Shown here in pieces: positions 39,301 to 54,300 of a stretch of 64,000 nt of DNA; position 1 is the first letter of the stretch; the number at the start of each line of letters is the position of its first letter. The position numbers and the translations under genes are program-made. Origin of the DNA: Eledone cirrhosa (taxonomy: Eukaryota); the NCBI GenBank assembly GCA_964016885.1, contig OZ024764.1:25234001-25298000 (forward strand), written 5' to 3'. The notes beneath the pieces are model-generated. The model saw only the letters and a list, made by a program, of their open reading frames with translations, was not told the DNA's origin and did not search any database.

Positions 39301-42300
39301 CTGACAGTAATGTCTACCATATAGGTTGTGCCAGTGGTGGTGGAGGGGAGACAGGAGTTTCTGACAGTAATGTCTACCATATAGGTGGTGCCAGTGGTGG
39401 AGGAGGGGAGACAGGAGTTTCTGACAGTAATGTCTACCATATAGGTGGTGCCAGTGGTGGAGGAGGGGGGACAGGAGTTTCTGACAGTAATGTCTACCAT
39501 ATAGGTGGTACCAGTGGTGGAGGAGGGGAGACAGGAGTTTCTGACAGTAATGTCTACCATATAGGTGGTGCCAGTGGTGGAGGAGGGGGGACAGGAGTTT
39601 CTGACAGTAATGTCTACCATATAGGTGGTACCAGTGGTGGAGGAGGGGAGACAGGAGTTTCTGACAGTAATGTCTACCATATAGGTGGTGCCAGTGGTGG
39701 ACGGGAGACAGGAGTTTCTGACAGTAATGTCTAACATATAGGTGGTGCCAATGGTGGAGGGGGGACAGGAGTTTCTGACAGTAATGTGTACCATATAGGT
39801 GGTGCCAGTGGTGGAGGAGGGGGGACAGGAGTTTCTGACAGTAATGTGTACCATATAGGTGGTGCCAGTGGTGGAGGGGAGACAGGAGTTTCTGACAGTA
39901 ATGTCTACCATATAGGTGGTGCCAGTGATGGAGGGGGGGGGGGAGACAGGAGTTTCTGACAGTAATGTGTACCATATAGGTGGTGCCAATGGTGGAGGGG
40001 GGACAGGTGTTTCTGACAGTAATGTCTACCATATAGGTGGTGCCAGTGGTGGAGGGGGGACAGGAGTTTCTGACAGTAATGTCTACCATATAGGTGGTGC
40101 CAGTGGTGGAGGAAGGGACAGGAGTTTCTGACAGTAATGTCTACCATATAGGTGGTGCCAATGGTGGAGGGGGGACAGGAGTTTCTGACAGTAATGTCTA
40201 CCATATAGGTGGTGCCAATGGTGGAGGGGGGACAGGAGTTTCTGACAGTAATGTCTACCATATAGGTGGTGCCAGTGGTGGAGGGGGGACAGGAGTTTCT
40301 GACAGTAATGTGTACCATATAGGTGGTGCCAGTGGTGGAGGAGGGGGGACAGGAGTTTCTGACAGTAATGTGTACCATATAGGTGGTGCCAGTGGTGGAG
40401 GGGGGACAGGAGTTTCTGACAGTAATGTCTACCATATAGGTGGTGCCAGTGGTGGAGGGGAGACAGGAGTTTCTGACAGTAATGTCTACCATATAGGTGG
40501 TGCCAGTGGTGGAGGGGGGGGGAGACAGGAGTTTCTGACAGTAATGTCTACCATATAGGTGGTGCCAGTGGTGGAGGAGAGACAGGAGTTTCTGACAGTA
40601 ATGTGTACCATATAGGTGGTGCCAGTGATGGAGGGGAGACAGGAGTTTCTGACAGTAATGTCTACCATATAGGTGGTGCCAGTGATGGAGGGGAGACAGG
40701 AGTTTCTGACAGTAATGTGTACCATATAGGTGGTGCCAGTGATGGAGGGGAGACAGGAGTTTCTGACAGTAATGTGTACCATATAGATGGTGCCAGTGAT
40801 GGAGGGGAGACAGGAGTTTCTGACAGTAATGTCTACCATATAGGTGGGGCCAGTGGTGGAGGAGGGGAGACAGGAGTTTCTGACAGTAATGTCTACCATA
40901 TAGGTGGTGCCAGTGATGGAGGGGAGACAGGAGTTTCTGACAGTAATGTCTACCATATAGGTGGTGCCAGTGGTGGAGGGGAGACAGGAGTTTCTGACAG
41001 TAATGTCTACCATATAGGTGGATGCCAGTGGTGGAGGGGGGACAGGAGTTTCTGACAGTAATGTCTACCATATAGGTGGTGCCAGTGGTGGAGGAAGGGA
41101 CAGGAGTTTCTGACAGTAATGTCTACCATATAGGTGGTGCCAATGGTGGAGGGGGGACAGGAGTTTCTGACAGTAATGTCTACCATATAGGTGGTGCCAA
41201 TGGTGGAGGGGGGACAGGAGTTTCTGACAGTAATGTCTACCATATAGGTGGTGCCAGTGGTGGAGGGGGGACAGGAGTTTCTGACAGTAATGTGTACCAT
41301 ATAGGTGGTGCCAGTGGTGGAGGAGGGGGGACAGGAGTTTCTGACAGTAATGTGTACCATATAGGTGGTGCCAGTGGTGGAGGGGGGACAGGAGTTTCTG
41401 ACAGTAATGTCTACCATATAGGTGGTGCCAGTGGTGGAGGGGAGACAGGAGTTTCTGACAGTAATGTCTACCATATAGGTGGTGCCAGTGGTGGAGGGGG
41501 GGGGGGAGACAGGAGTTTCTGACAGTAATGTGTACCATATAGGTGGTGCCAGTGGTGGAGGAGAGACAGGAGTTTCTGACAGTAATGTGTACCATATAGG
41601 TGGTGCCAGTGATGGAGGGGAGACAGGAGTTTCTGACAGTAATGTCTACCATATAGGTGGTGCCAGTGATGGAGGGGAGACAGGAGTTTCTGACAGTAAT
41701 GTGTACCATATAGGTGGTGCCAGTGATGGAGGGGAGACAGGAGTTTCTGACAGTAATGTGTACCATATAGATGGTGCCAGTGATGGAGGGGAGACAGGAG
41801 TTTCTGACAGTAATGTCTACCATATAGGTGGTGCCAGTGGTGGAGGAGAGACAGGAGTTTCTGACAGTAATGTCTACCATATAGGTGGTGCCAGTGATGG
41901 AGGGGAGACAGGAGTTTCTGACAGTAATGTCTACCATATAGGTGGTGCCAGTGGTGGAGGGGAGACATGAGTTTCTGACAGTAATGTCTACCATATAGGT
42001 GGTGCCAGTGGTGGAGGGGAGACAGGAGTTTCTGACAGTGATGTCTACCATATAGGTGGTGCCAGTGGTGGAGGGGAGGCAGGAGTTTCTGACAGTAATG
42101 TCTACCATATAGGTGGTGCCAGTGGTGGAGGAGGGGAGACAGGAGTTTCTGACAGTAATGTCTACCATATAGGTGGTGCCAGTGGTGGAGGAGGGGAGAC
42201 AGGAGTTTCTGACAGTAATGTCTACCATATAGGTGGTGCCAGTGGTGGAGGAGGGGGGACAGGAGTTTCTGACAGTAATGTCTACCATATAGGTGGTGCC

Positions 42301-45300
42301 AGTGGTGGAGGGGGGACAGGAGTTTCTGACAGTAATGTCTACCATATAGGTGGTGCCAGTGGTGGAGGGGGGACAGGAGTTTCTGACAGTAATGTCTACC
42401 ATATAGGTGGTGCCAGTGGTGGAGAAGGGGAGACAGGAGTTTCTGACAGTAATGTCTACCATATAGGTGGTGCCAGTGGTGGAGGGGGGACAGGAGTTTC
42501 TGACAGTAATGTCTACCATATAGGTGGTGCCAGTGGTGGAGGAGAGACAGGAGTTTCTGACAGTAATGTCTACCATATAGGTGGTGCCAGTGGTGGAGGA
42601 GGGGAGACAGGAGTTTCTGTCAGTAATGTCTACCATATAGGTGGTGCCAGTGGAGGAGGGGGGGAGACAGGAGTTTCTGTCAGTAATGTCTACCATATAG
42701 GTGGTGCCAGTGGTGGAGGAGGGGAGACAGGAGTTTCTGACAGTAATGTCTACCATATAGGTGGTGCCAGTGGTGGAGAGGAGACAGGAGTTTCTGACAG
42801 TAATGTCTACCATATAGGTGGTGCCAGTGGTGGAGGGGAGACAGGAGTTTCTGACAGTAATGTCTACCATATAGGTGGTGCCAGTGGTGGAGGGGAGACA
42901 GGAGTTTCTGACAGTAATGTCTACCATATAGGTGGTGCCAGTGGTGGAGGGGAGACAGGAGTTTCTGACAGTAATGTGTACCATATAGGTGGTACCAGCG
43001 GTGGAGGGGAGACAGGAGTTTCTGACAGTAATGTGTACCATATAGATGGTGCCAGTGGTGGAGGGGGGGAGACAGGAGTTTCTGACAGTAATGTGTACCA
43101 TATAGGTGGTGCCAGTGGTGTAGAGGAGACAGGAGTTTCTGACAGTAATGTCTACCATATAGGTGGTGCCAGTGGTGGAGGGGAGACAGGAGTTTCTGAC
43201 AGTAATGTCTACCATATAGGTGGTGCCAGTGGTGAAGGGGAGACAGGAGTTTCTGACAGTAATGTGTACCATATAGGTGGTACCAGCGGTGGAGGGGAGA
43301 CAGGAGTTTCTGACAGTAATGTGTACCATATAGGTGGTGCCAGTGGTGGAGGGGGGACAGGAGTTTCTGACAGTAATGTGTACCATATAGGTGGTGCCCA
43401 GTGGTGGAGGAGGGGAGACAGGAGTTTCTGTCAGTAATGTCTACCATATAGGTGGTGCCAGTGGTGGAGGGGAGACAGGAGTTTCTGACAGTAATGTCTA
43501 CCATATAGGTGGTGCCAGTGGTGGAGGAGGGGAGACAGGAGTTTCTGTCAGTAATGTCTACCATATAGGTGCTGCCAGTGGTGGAGGGGGGGAGACAGGA
43601 GTTTCTGTCAGTAATGTCTACCATATAGGTGGTGCCAGTGGTGGAGGGGAGGCAGGAGTTTCTGACAGTAATGTCTACCATATAGGTGGTGCCAGTGGTG
43701 GAGGGGAGGCAGGAGTTTCTGACAGTAATGTCTACCATATAGGTGGTGCCAGTGGTGGAGGGGAGACAGGAGTTTCTGACAGTAATGTCTACCATATAGG
43801 TGGTGCCAGTGGTGGAGGGGAGACAGGAGTTTCTGACAGTAATGTCTACCATATAGGTGGTGCCAGTGGTGGAGGGGAGGCAGGAGTTTCTGACAGTAAT
43901 GTCTACCATATAGGTGGTGCCAGTGGTGGAGGGGAGGCAGGAGTTTCTGACAGTAATGTCTACCATATACATGGTGCCAGTGGTGGAGGGGAGACAGGAG
44001 TTTCTGACAGTAATGTCTACCATATAGGTGGTGCCAGTGGTGGAGGGGAGACAGGAGTTTCTGACAGTAATGTCTACCATATAGGTGGTGCCAGTGGTGG
44101 AGGGGGGGAGACAGGAGTTTCTGACAGTAATGTGTACCATATAGGTGGTGCCAGTGGTGGAGGGGGGGAGACAGGAGTTTCTGACAGTAATGTGTACCAT
44201 ATAGGTGGTGCCAGTGGTGGAGGAGGGGAGACAGGAGTTTCTGACAGTAATGTCTACCATATAGGTGGTGCCAGTGGTGGAGGGGGGACAGGAGTTTCTG
44301 ACAGTAATGTCTACCATATAGGTGGTGCCAGTGGTGGAGGAGAGACAGGAGTTTCTGACAGTAATGTCTACCATATAGGTGGTGCCAGTGGTGGAGGAGG
44401 GGAGACAGGTGTTTCTGTCAGTAATGTCTACCATATAGGTGGTGCCAGTGGAGGAGGGGGGGAGACAGGAGTTTCTGTCAGTAATGTCTACCATACAGGT
44501 GGTGCCAGTGGTGGAGGAGGGGAGACAGGAGTTTCTGACAGTAATGTCTACCATATAGGTGGTGCCAGTGGTGGAGAGGAGACAGGAGTTTCTGACAGTA
44601 ATGTCTACCATATAGGTGGTGCCAGTGGTGGAGGGGAGACAGGAGTTTCTGACAGTAATGTCTACCATATAGGTGGTGCCAGTGGTGGAGGGGAGACAGG
44701 AGTTTCTGACAGTAATGTCTACCATATAGGTGGTGCCAGTGGTGGAGGGGAGACAGGAGTTTCTGACAGTAATGTGTACCATATAGGTGGTACCAGCGGT
44801 GGAGGGGAGACAGGAGTTTCTGACAGTAATGTGTACCATATAGGTGGTGCCAGTGGTGTAGAGGAGACAGGAGTTTCTGACAGTAATGTCTACCATATAG
44901 GTGGTGCCAGTGGTGGAGGGGAGACAGGAGTTTCTGACAGTAATGTCTACCATATAGGTGGTGCCAGTGGTGAAGGGGAGACAGGAGTTTCTGACAGTAA
45001 TGTGTACCATATAGGTGGTACCAGCGGTGGAGGGGAGACAGGAGTTTCTGACAGTAATGTGTACCATATAGGTGGTGCCAGTGGTGGAGGAGGGGAGACA
45101 GGAGTTTCTGTCAGTAATGTCTACCATATAGGTGGTGCCAGTGGTGGAGGGGAGACAGGAGTTTCTGACAGTAATGTCTACCATATAGGTGGTGCCAGTG
45201 GTGGAGGAGGGGAGACAGGAGTTTCTGTCAGTAATGTCTACCATATAGGTGCTGCCAGTGGTGGAGGGGGGGAGACAGGAGTTTCTGTCAGTAATGTCTA

Positions 45301-48300
45301 CCATATAGGTGGTGCCAGTGGTGGAGGGGAGGCAGGAGTTTCTGACAGTAATGTCTACCATATAGGTGGTGCCAGTGGTGGAGGGGAGGCAGGAGTTTCT
45401 GACAGTAATGTCTACCATATAGGTGGTGCCAGTGGTGGAGGGAGACAGGAGTTTCTGACAGTAATGTCTACCATATAGGTGGTGCCAGTGGTGGAGGGGA
45501 GGCAGGAGTTTCTGACAGTAATGTCTACCATATAGGTGGTGCCAGTGGTGGAGGGGAGGCAGGAGTTTCTGACAGTAATGTCTACCATATACATGGTGCC
45601 AGTGGTGGAGGGGAGACAGGAGTTTCTGACAGTAATGTCTACCATATAGGTGGTGCCAGTGGTGGAGGGGAGACAGGAGTTTCTGACAGTAATGTCTACC
45701 ATATAGGTGGTGCCAGTGGTGGAAGGGGGGAGACAGGAGTTTCTGACAGTAATGTGTACCATATAGGTGGTGCCAGTGGTGGAGGGGGGGAGACAGGAGT
45801 TTCTGACAGTAATGTGTACCATATAGGTGGTGCCAGTGGTGGAGGGGGGACAGGAGTTTCTGACAGTAATGTCTACCATATAGGTGGTGCCAGTGGTGGA
45901 GGGGAGACAGGAGTTTCTGACAGTAATGTCTACCATATAGTTGGTGCCAGTGGTGGAGGGGAGACAGGAGTTTCTGACAGTAATGTCTACCATATACATG
46001 GTGCCAGTGGTGGAGAGGAGACAGGAGTTTCTGACAGTAATGTCTACCATATAGGTGGTGCCAGTGGTGGAGGGGAGACAGAAGTTTCTGACAGTAATGT
46101 CTACCATATAGGTGGTGCCAGTGGTGGAGGGGGGGAGACAGGAGTTTCTGACAGTAATGTGTACCATATAGGTGGTGCCAGTGGTGGAGGGGGGACAGGA
46201 GTTTCTGACAGTAATGTCTACCATATAGGTGGTGCCAGTGGTGGAGGAGGGAGGACAGGAGTTTCTGACAGTAATGTCTACCATATAGGTGGTGCCAGTG
46301 GTGGAGGAGGGGAGACAGGAGTTTCTGACAGTAATGTGTACCATATAGGTGGTGCCAGTGGTGGAGGGAGGACAGGAGTTTCTGACAGTAATGTCTACCA
46401 TATAGGTGGTGCCAGTGGTGGAGGAGGGGAGACAGGAGTTTCTGACAGTAATGTCTACCATATAGGTGGTGCCAGTGGTGGAGGGAGGACAGGAGTTTCT
46501 GACAGTAATGTCTACCATATAGGTGGTGCCAGTGGTGGAGGTGAGACAGGAGTTTCTGACAGTAATGTCTACCATATAGGTGGTGCCAGTGGTGGAGGAG
46601 GGGAGACAGGAGTTTCTGACAGTAATGTCTACCATATAGGTGGTGCCAGTGGTGGAGGGGGGACAGGAGTTTCTGACAGTAATGTCTACCATATAGGTGG
46701 TGCCAGTGGTGGAGGTGAGACAGGAGTTTCTGACAGTAATGTCTACCATATAGGTGGTGCCAGTGGTGGAGGGGGGGGGGGGAGACAGGAGTTTCTGTCA
46801 GTAATGTCTACCATATAGGTGGTGCCAGTGGTGGAGGAGGGGAGACAGGAGTTTCTGACAGTAATGTCTACCATATAGGTGGTGCCAGTGGTGGAGGAGG
46901 GGAGACAGGAGTTTCTGACAGTAATGTCTACCATATAGGTGGTGCCAGTGGTGGAGGGGAGGCAGGAGTTTCTGACAGTAATGTCTACCATATAGGTGGT
47001 GCCAGTGGTGGAGGGGAGACAGGGGTTTCTGACAGTAATGTCTACCATATAGGTGGTGCCAGTGGTGGAGGAGGGGAGACAGGAGTTTCTGACAGTAATG
47101 TCTACCATATAGGTGGTGCCAGTGGTGGAGGGGGGGGGGACAGGAGTTTCTGTCAGTAATGTCTACCATATAGGTGGTGCCAGTGGTGGAGGAGGGGAGA
47201 CAGGAGTTTCTGACAGTAATGTCTACCATATAGGTGGTGCCAGTGGTGGAGGAGGGGAGACAGGAGTTTCTGACAGTAATGTCTACCATATAGGTGGTGC
47301 CAGTGGTGGAGGGGAGACAGGAGTTTCTGACAGTAATGTCTACCATATAGGTGGTGCCAGTGTTGGAGGGGAGACAGGAGTTTCTGACAGTAATGTCTAC
47401 CATATAGGTGGTGCCAGTGGTGGAGGAGGGCAGACAGGAGTTTCTGACAGTAATGTCTACCATATAGGTGGTGCCAGTGGTGGAGGGGAGACAGGAGTTT
47501 CTGACAGTAATGTCTACCATATAGGTGGTGCCAGTGGTGGAGGGGAGACAGGAGTTTCTGACAGTAATGTCTACCATATAGGTGGTGCCAGTGGTGGAGG
47601 GGAGACAGGAGTTTCTGACAGTAATGTCTACCATATAGGTGGTGCCAATGCTGGAGGAGGGGGGACAGGAGTTTCTGACAGTAATGTCTACCATATAGGT
47701 GGTGCCAGTGGTGGAGGGGAGGCAGGAGTTTCTGACAGTAATGTCTACCATATAGGTGGTGCCAGTGGTGGAGGGGAGACAGGAGTTTCTGACAGTAATG
47801 TCTACCATATAGGTGGTGCCAGTGTTGGAGGGGAGACAGGAGTTTCTGACAGTAATGTCTACCATATAGGTGGTGCCAGTGGTGGAGGAGGGGAGACAGG
47901 AGTTTCTGACAGTAATGTCTACCATATAGGTGGTGCCAGTGGTGGAGGGGGGGAGACAGGAGTTTCTGACAGTAATGTGTACCATATAGGTGGTGCCAGT
48001 GGTGGAGGGGAGACAGGAGTTTCTGACAGTAATGTCTACCATATAGGTGGTGCCAGTGTTGGAGGGGAGACAGGAGTTTCTGACAGTAATGTCTACCATA
48101 TAGGTGGTGCCAGTGGTGGAGGGGAGGCAGGAGTTTCTGACAGTAATGTCTACCATATAGGTGGTGCCAGTGGTGGAGGGGAGACAGGAGTTTCTGACAG
48201 TAATGTCTACCATATAGGTGGTGCCAGTGTTGGAGGGGAGACAGGAGTTTCTGACAGTAATGTCTACCATATAGGTGGTGCCAGTGGTGGAGGAGGGGAG

Positions 48301-51300
48301 ACAGGAGTTTCTGACAGTAATGTCTACCATATAGGTGGTGCCAGTGGTGGAGGGGGGGAGACAGGAGTTTCTGACAGTAATGTGTACCATATAGGTGGTG
48401 CCAGTGGTGGAGGGGAGACAGGAGTTTCTGACAGTAATGTCTACCATATAGGTGGTGCCAGTGTTGGAGGGGAGACAGGAGTTTCTGACAGTAATGTCTA
48501 CCATATAGGTGGTGCCAGTGGTGGAGGGGGGGAGACAGGAGTTTCTGACAGTAATGTGTACCATATAGGTGGTGCCAGTGGTGGAGGAGGGGAGACAGGA
48601 GTTTCTGACAGTAATGTCTACCATATAGGTGGTGCCAGTGGTGGAGGGGGGGAGACAGGAGTTTCTGACAGTAATGTCTACCATATAGGTGGTGCCAGTG
48701 GTGGAGGAGGGGAGACAGGAGTTTCTGACAGTAATGTGTACCATATAGGTGGTGCCAGTGGTGGAGGAGGGGAGACAGGAGTTTCTGACAGTAATGTCTA
48801 CCATATAGGTGGTGCCAGTGGTGGAGGGGAGACAGGAGTTTCTGACAGTAATGTCTACCATATAGGTGGTGCCAGTGGTGGAGGAGGGGAGACAGGAGTT
48901 TCTGACAGTAATGTCTACCATATAGGTGGTGCCAGTGGTGGAGGGGAGACAGGAGTTTCTGACAGTAATGTCTACCATATAGGTGGTGCCAGTGTTGGAG
49001 GGGAGACAGGAGTTTCTGACAGTAATGTCTACCATATAGGTGGTGCCAGTGGTGGAGGGGAGGCAGGAGTTTCTGACAGTAATGTCTACCATATAGGTGG
49101 TGCCAGTGGTGGAGGGGAGACAGGAGTTTCTGACAGTAATGTCTACCATATAGGTGGTGCCAGTGTTGGAGGGGAGACAGGAGTTTCTGACAGTAATGTC
49201 TACCATATAGGTGGTGCCAGTGGTGGAGGAGGGGAGACAGGAGTTTCTGACAGTAATGTCTACCATATAGGTGGTGCCAGTGGTGGAGGGGGGGAGACAG
49301 GAGTTTCTGACAGTAATGTCTACCATATAGGTGGTGCCAGTGGTGGAGGGGGGGAGACAGGAGTTTCTGACAGTAATGTCTACCATATAGGTGGTGCCAG
49401 TGGTGGAGGGGGGGGAGACAGGAGTTTCTGACAGTAATGTCTACCATATAGGTGGTGCCAGTGGTGGAGGGGAGACAGGAGTTTCTGACAGTAATGTCTA
49501 CCATATAGGTGGTGCCAGTGGTGGAGGGGGGGGAGACAGGAGTTTCTGACAGTAATGTCTACCATATAGGTGGTGCCAGTGGTGGAGGGGGGGAGACAGG
49601 AGTTTCTGACAGTAATGTGTACCATATAGGTGGTGCCTGTGGTGGAGGGGGGGAGACAGGAGTTTCTGACAGTAATGTCTACCATATAGGTGGTGCCTGT
49701 GGTGGAGGGGGGGAGACAGGAGTTTCTGACAGTAATGTCTACCATATAGGTGGTGCCAGTGGTGGAGGGGGGGGGGGGGGAGACAGGAGTTTCTGACAGT
49801 AATGTGTACCATATAGGTGGTGCCAGTGGTGGAGGGGAGACAGGAGTTTCTGACAGTAATGTCTACCATATAGGTGGTGCCAGTGGTGGAGGAGGGGAGA
49901 CAGGAGTTTCTGACAGTAATGTCTACCATATAGGTGGTGCCAGTGGTGGAGGGGGGGAGACAGGAGTTTCTGAGAGTAATGTCTACCATATAGGTGGTGC
50001 CAGTGGTGGAGGGGAGACAGGAGTTTCTGACAGTAATGTCTACCATATAGGTGGTGCCAGTGGTGGAGGGGAGACAGGAGTTTCTGACAGTAATGTCTAC
50101 CATATAGGTGGTGCCAGTGGTGGAGGGGGGGCAGGAGTTTCTGACAGTAATGTCTACCATATAGGTGGTGCCAGTGGTGGAGGAGAGACAGGAGTTTCTG
50201 ACAGTAATGTCTACCATATAGGTGGTGCCAGTGGTGGAGGGGGGGAGACAGGAGTTTCTGACAGTAATGTCTACCATATAGGTGGTGCCAGTGGTGGAGG
50301 GGGGGAGACAGGAGTTTCTGAGAGTAATGTCTACCATATAGATGGTGCCAGTGGTGGAGGGGAGACAGGAGTTTCTGACAGTAATGTCTACCATATAGGT
50401 GGTGCCAGTGGTGGAGGGGGGACAGGAGTTTCTGACAGTAATGTCTACCATATAGGTGGTGCCAGTGGTGGAGGGGAGACAGGAGTTTCTGACAGTAATG
50501 TCTACCATATAGGTGGTGCCAGTGGTGGAGGGGAGACAGGAGTTTCTGACAGTAATGTCTACCATATAGGTGGTGCCAGTGGTGGAGGGGGGACAGGAGT
50601 TTCTGACAGTAATGTCTACCATATAGGTGGTGCCAGTGGTGGAGGAGGGGAGACAGGAGTTTCTGACAGTAATGTCTACCATATAGGTGGTGCCAGTGGT
50701 GGAGGAGGGGAGACAGGAGTTTCTGACAGTAATGTCTACCATATAGGTGGTGCCAGTGGTGGAGGAGGGGAGACAGGAGTTTCTGACAGTAATGTCTACC
50801 ATATAGGTGATGCCAGTGGTGGAGGGGGGGCAGGAGTTTCTGACAGTAATGTCTACTATATAGGTGGTGCCAGTGGTGGATGGGGGGGAGACAGGAGTTT
50901 CTGACAGTAATGTCTACCATATAGGTTGTGCCAGTGGTGGTGGAGGGGAGACAGGAGTTTCTGACAGTAATGTCTACCATATAGGTGGTGCCAGTGGTGG
51001 AGGAGGGGAGACAGGAGTTTCTGACAGTAATGTCTACCATATAGGTGGTGCCAGTGGTGGAGGAGGGGGGACAGGAGTTTCTGACAGTAATGTCTACCAT
51101 ATAGGTGGTACCAGTGGTGGAGGAGGGGAGACAGGAGTTTCTGACAGTAATGTCTACCATATAGGTGGTGCCAGTGGTGGACGGGAGACAGGAGTTTCTG
51201 ACAGTAATGTCTAACATATAGGTGGTGCCAATGGTGGAGGGGGGACAGGAGTTTCTGACAGTAATGTGTACCATATAGGTGGTGCCAGTGGTGGAGGAGG

Positions 51301-54300
51301 GGGGACAGGAGTTTCTGACAGTAATGTGTACCATATAGGTGGTGCCAGTGGTGGAGGGGAGACAGGAGTTTCTGACAGTAATGTCTACCATATAGGTGGT
51401 GCCAGTGATGGAGGGGGGGGGGGAGACAGGAGTTTCTGACAGTAATGTGTACCATATAGGTGGTGCCAATGGTGGAGGGGGGACAGGAGTTTCTGACAGT
51501 AATGTCTACCATATAGGTGGTGCCAGTGGTGGAGGGGGGACAGGAGTTTCTGACAGTAATGTCTACCATATAGGTGGTGCCAGTGGTGGAGGAAGGGACA
51601 GGAGTTTCTGACAGTAATGTCTACCATATAGGTGGTGCCAATGGTGGAGGGGGGACAGGAGTTTCTGACAGTAATGTCTACCATATAGGTGGTGCCAATG
51701 GTGGAGGGGGGACAGGAGTTTCTGACAGTAATGTCTACCATATAGGTGGTGCCAGTGGTGGAGGGGGGACAGGAGTTTCTGACAGTAATGTGTACCATAT
51801 AGGTGGTGCCAGTGGTGGAGGAGGGGGGACAGGAGTTTCTGACAGTAATGTGTACCATATAGGTGGTGCCAGTGGTGGAGGGGGGACAGGAGTTTCTGAC
51901 AGTAATGTCTACCATATAGGTGGTGCCAGTGGTGGAGGGGAGACAGGAGTTTCTGACAGTAATGTCTACCATATAGGTGGTGCCAGTGGTGGAGGGGGGG
52001 GGAGACAGGAGTTTCTGACAGTAATGTCTACCATATAGGTGGTGCCAGTGGTGGAGGAGAGACAGGAGTTTCTGACAGTAATGTGTACCATATAGGTGGT
52101 GCCAGTGATGGAGGGGAGACAGGAGTTTCTGACAGTAATGTCTACCATATAGGTGGTGCCAGTGATGGAGGGGAGACAGGAGTTTCTGACAGTAATGTGT
52201 ACCATATAGGTGGTGCCAGTGATGGAGGGGAGACAGGAGTTTCTGACAGTAATGTGTACCATATAGATGGTGCCAGTGATGGAGGGGAGACAGGAGTTTC
52301 TGACAGTAATGTCTACCATATAGGTGGGGCCAGTGGTGGAGGAGGGGAGACAGGAGTTTCTGACAGTAATGTCTACCATATAGGTGGTGCCAGTGATGGA
52401 GGGGAGACAGGAGTTTCTGACAGTAATGTCTACCATATAGGTGGTGCCAGTGGTGGAGGGGAGACAGGAGTTTCTGACAGTAATGTCTACCATATAGGTG
52501 GATGCCAGTGGTGGAGGGGGGACAGGAGTTTCTGACAGTAATGTCTACCATATAGGTGGTGCCAGTGGTGGAGGAAGGGACAGGAGTTTCTGACAGTAAT
52601 GTCTACCATATAGGTGGTGCCAATGGTGGAGGGGGGACAGGAGTTTCTGACAGTAATGTCTACCATATAGGTGGTGCCAATGGTGGAGGGGGGACAGGAG
52701 TTTCTGACAGTAATGTCTACCATATAGGTGGTGCCAGTGGTGGAGGGGGGACAGGAGTTTCTGACAGTAATGTGTACCATATAGGTGGTGCCAGTGGTGG
52801 AGGAGGGGGGACAGGAGTTTCTGACAGTAATGTGTACCATATAGGTGGTGCCAGTGGTGGAGGGGGGACAGGAGTTTCTGACAGTAATGTCTACCATATA
52901 GGTGGTGCCAGTGGTGGAGGGGAGACAGGAGTTTCTGACAGTAATGTCTACCATATAGGTGGTGCCAGTGGTGGAGGGGGGGGGGGGGGGGGAGACAGGA
53001 GTTTCTGACAGTAATGTCTACCATATAGGTGGTGCCAGTGGTGGAGGAGAGACAGGAGTTTCTGACAGTAATGTGTACCATATAGGTGGTGCCAGTGATG
53101 GAGGGGAGACAGGAGTTTCTGACAGTAATGTCTACCATATAGGTGGTGCCAGTGATGGAGGGGAGACAGGAGTTTCTGACAGTAATGTGTACCATATAGG
53201 TGGTGCCAGTGATGGAGGGGAGACAGGAGTTTCTGACAGTAATGTGTACCATATAGATGGTGCCAGTGATGGAGGGGAGACAGGAGTTTCTGACAGTAAT
53301 GTCTACCATATAGGTGGTGCCAGTGGTGGAGGAGAGACAGGAGTTTCTGTCAGTAATGTCTACCATATAGGTGGTGCCAGTGGAGGAGGGGGGGAGACAG
53401 GAGTTTCTGTCAGTAATGTCTACCATATAGGTGGTGCCAGTGGTGGAGGAGGGGAGACAGGAGTTTCTGACAGTAATGTCTACCATATAGGTGGTGCCAG
53501 TGGTGGAGAGGAGACAGGAGTTTCTGACAGTAATGTCTACCATATAGGTGGTGCCAGTGGTGGAGGGGAGACAGGAGTTTCTGACAGTAATGTCTACCAT
53601 ATAGGTGGTGCCAGTGGTGGAGGGGAGACAGGAGTTTCTGACAGTAATGTCTACCATATAGGTGGTGCCAGTGGTGGAGGGGAGACAGGAGTTTCTGACA
53701 GTAATGTGTACCATATAGGTGGTACCAGCGGTGGAGGGGAGACAGGAGTTTCTGACAGTAATGTGTACCATATAGGTGGTGCCAGTGGTGTAGAGGAGAC
53801 AGGAGTTTCTGACAGTAATGTCTACCATATAGGTGGTGCCAGTGGTGGAGGGGAGACAGGAGTTTCTGACAGTAATGTCTACCATATAGGTGGTGCCAGT
53901 GGTGAAGGGGAGACAGGAGTTTCTGACAGTAATGTGTACCATATAGGTGGTACCAGCGGTGGAGGGGAGACAGGAGTTTCTGACAGTAATGTGTACCATA
54001 TAGGTGGTGCCAGTGGTGGAGGAGGGGAGACAGGAGTTTCTGTCAGTAATGTCTACCATATAGGTGGTGCCAGTGGTGGAGGGGAGACAGGAGTTTCTGA
54101 CAGTAATGTCTACCATATAGGTGGTGCCAGTGGTGGAGGAGGGGAGACAGGAGTTTCTGTCAGTAATGTCTACCATATAGGTGCTGCCAGTGGTGGAGGG
54201 GGGGAGACAGGAGTTTCTGTCAGTAATGTCTACCATATAGGTGGTGCCAGTGGTGGAGGGGAGGCAGGAGTTTCTGACAGTAATGTCTACCATATAGGTG

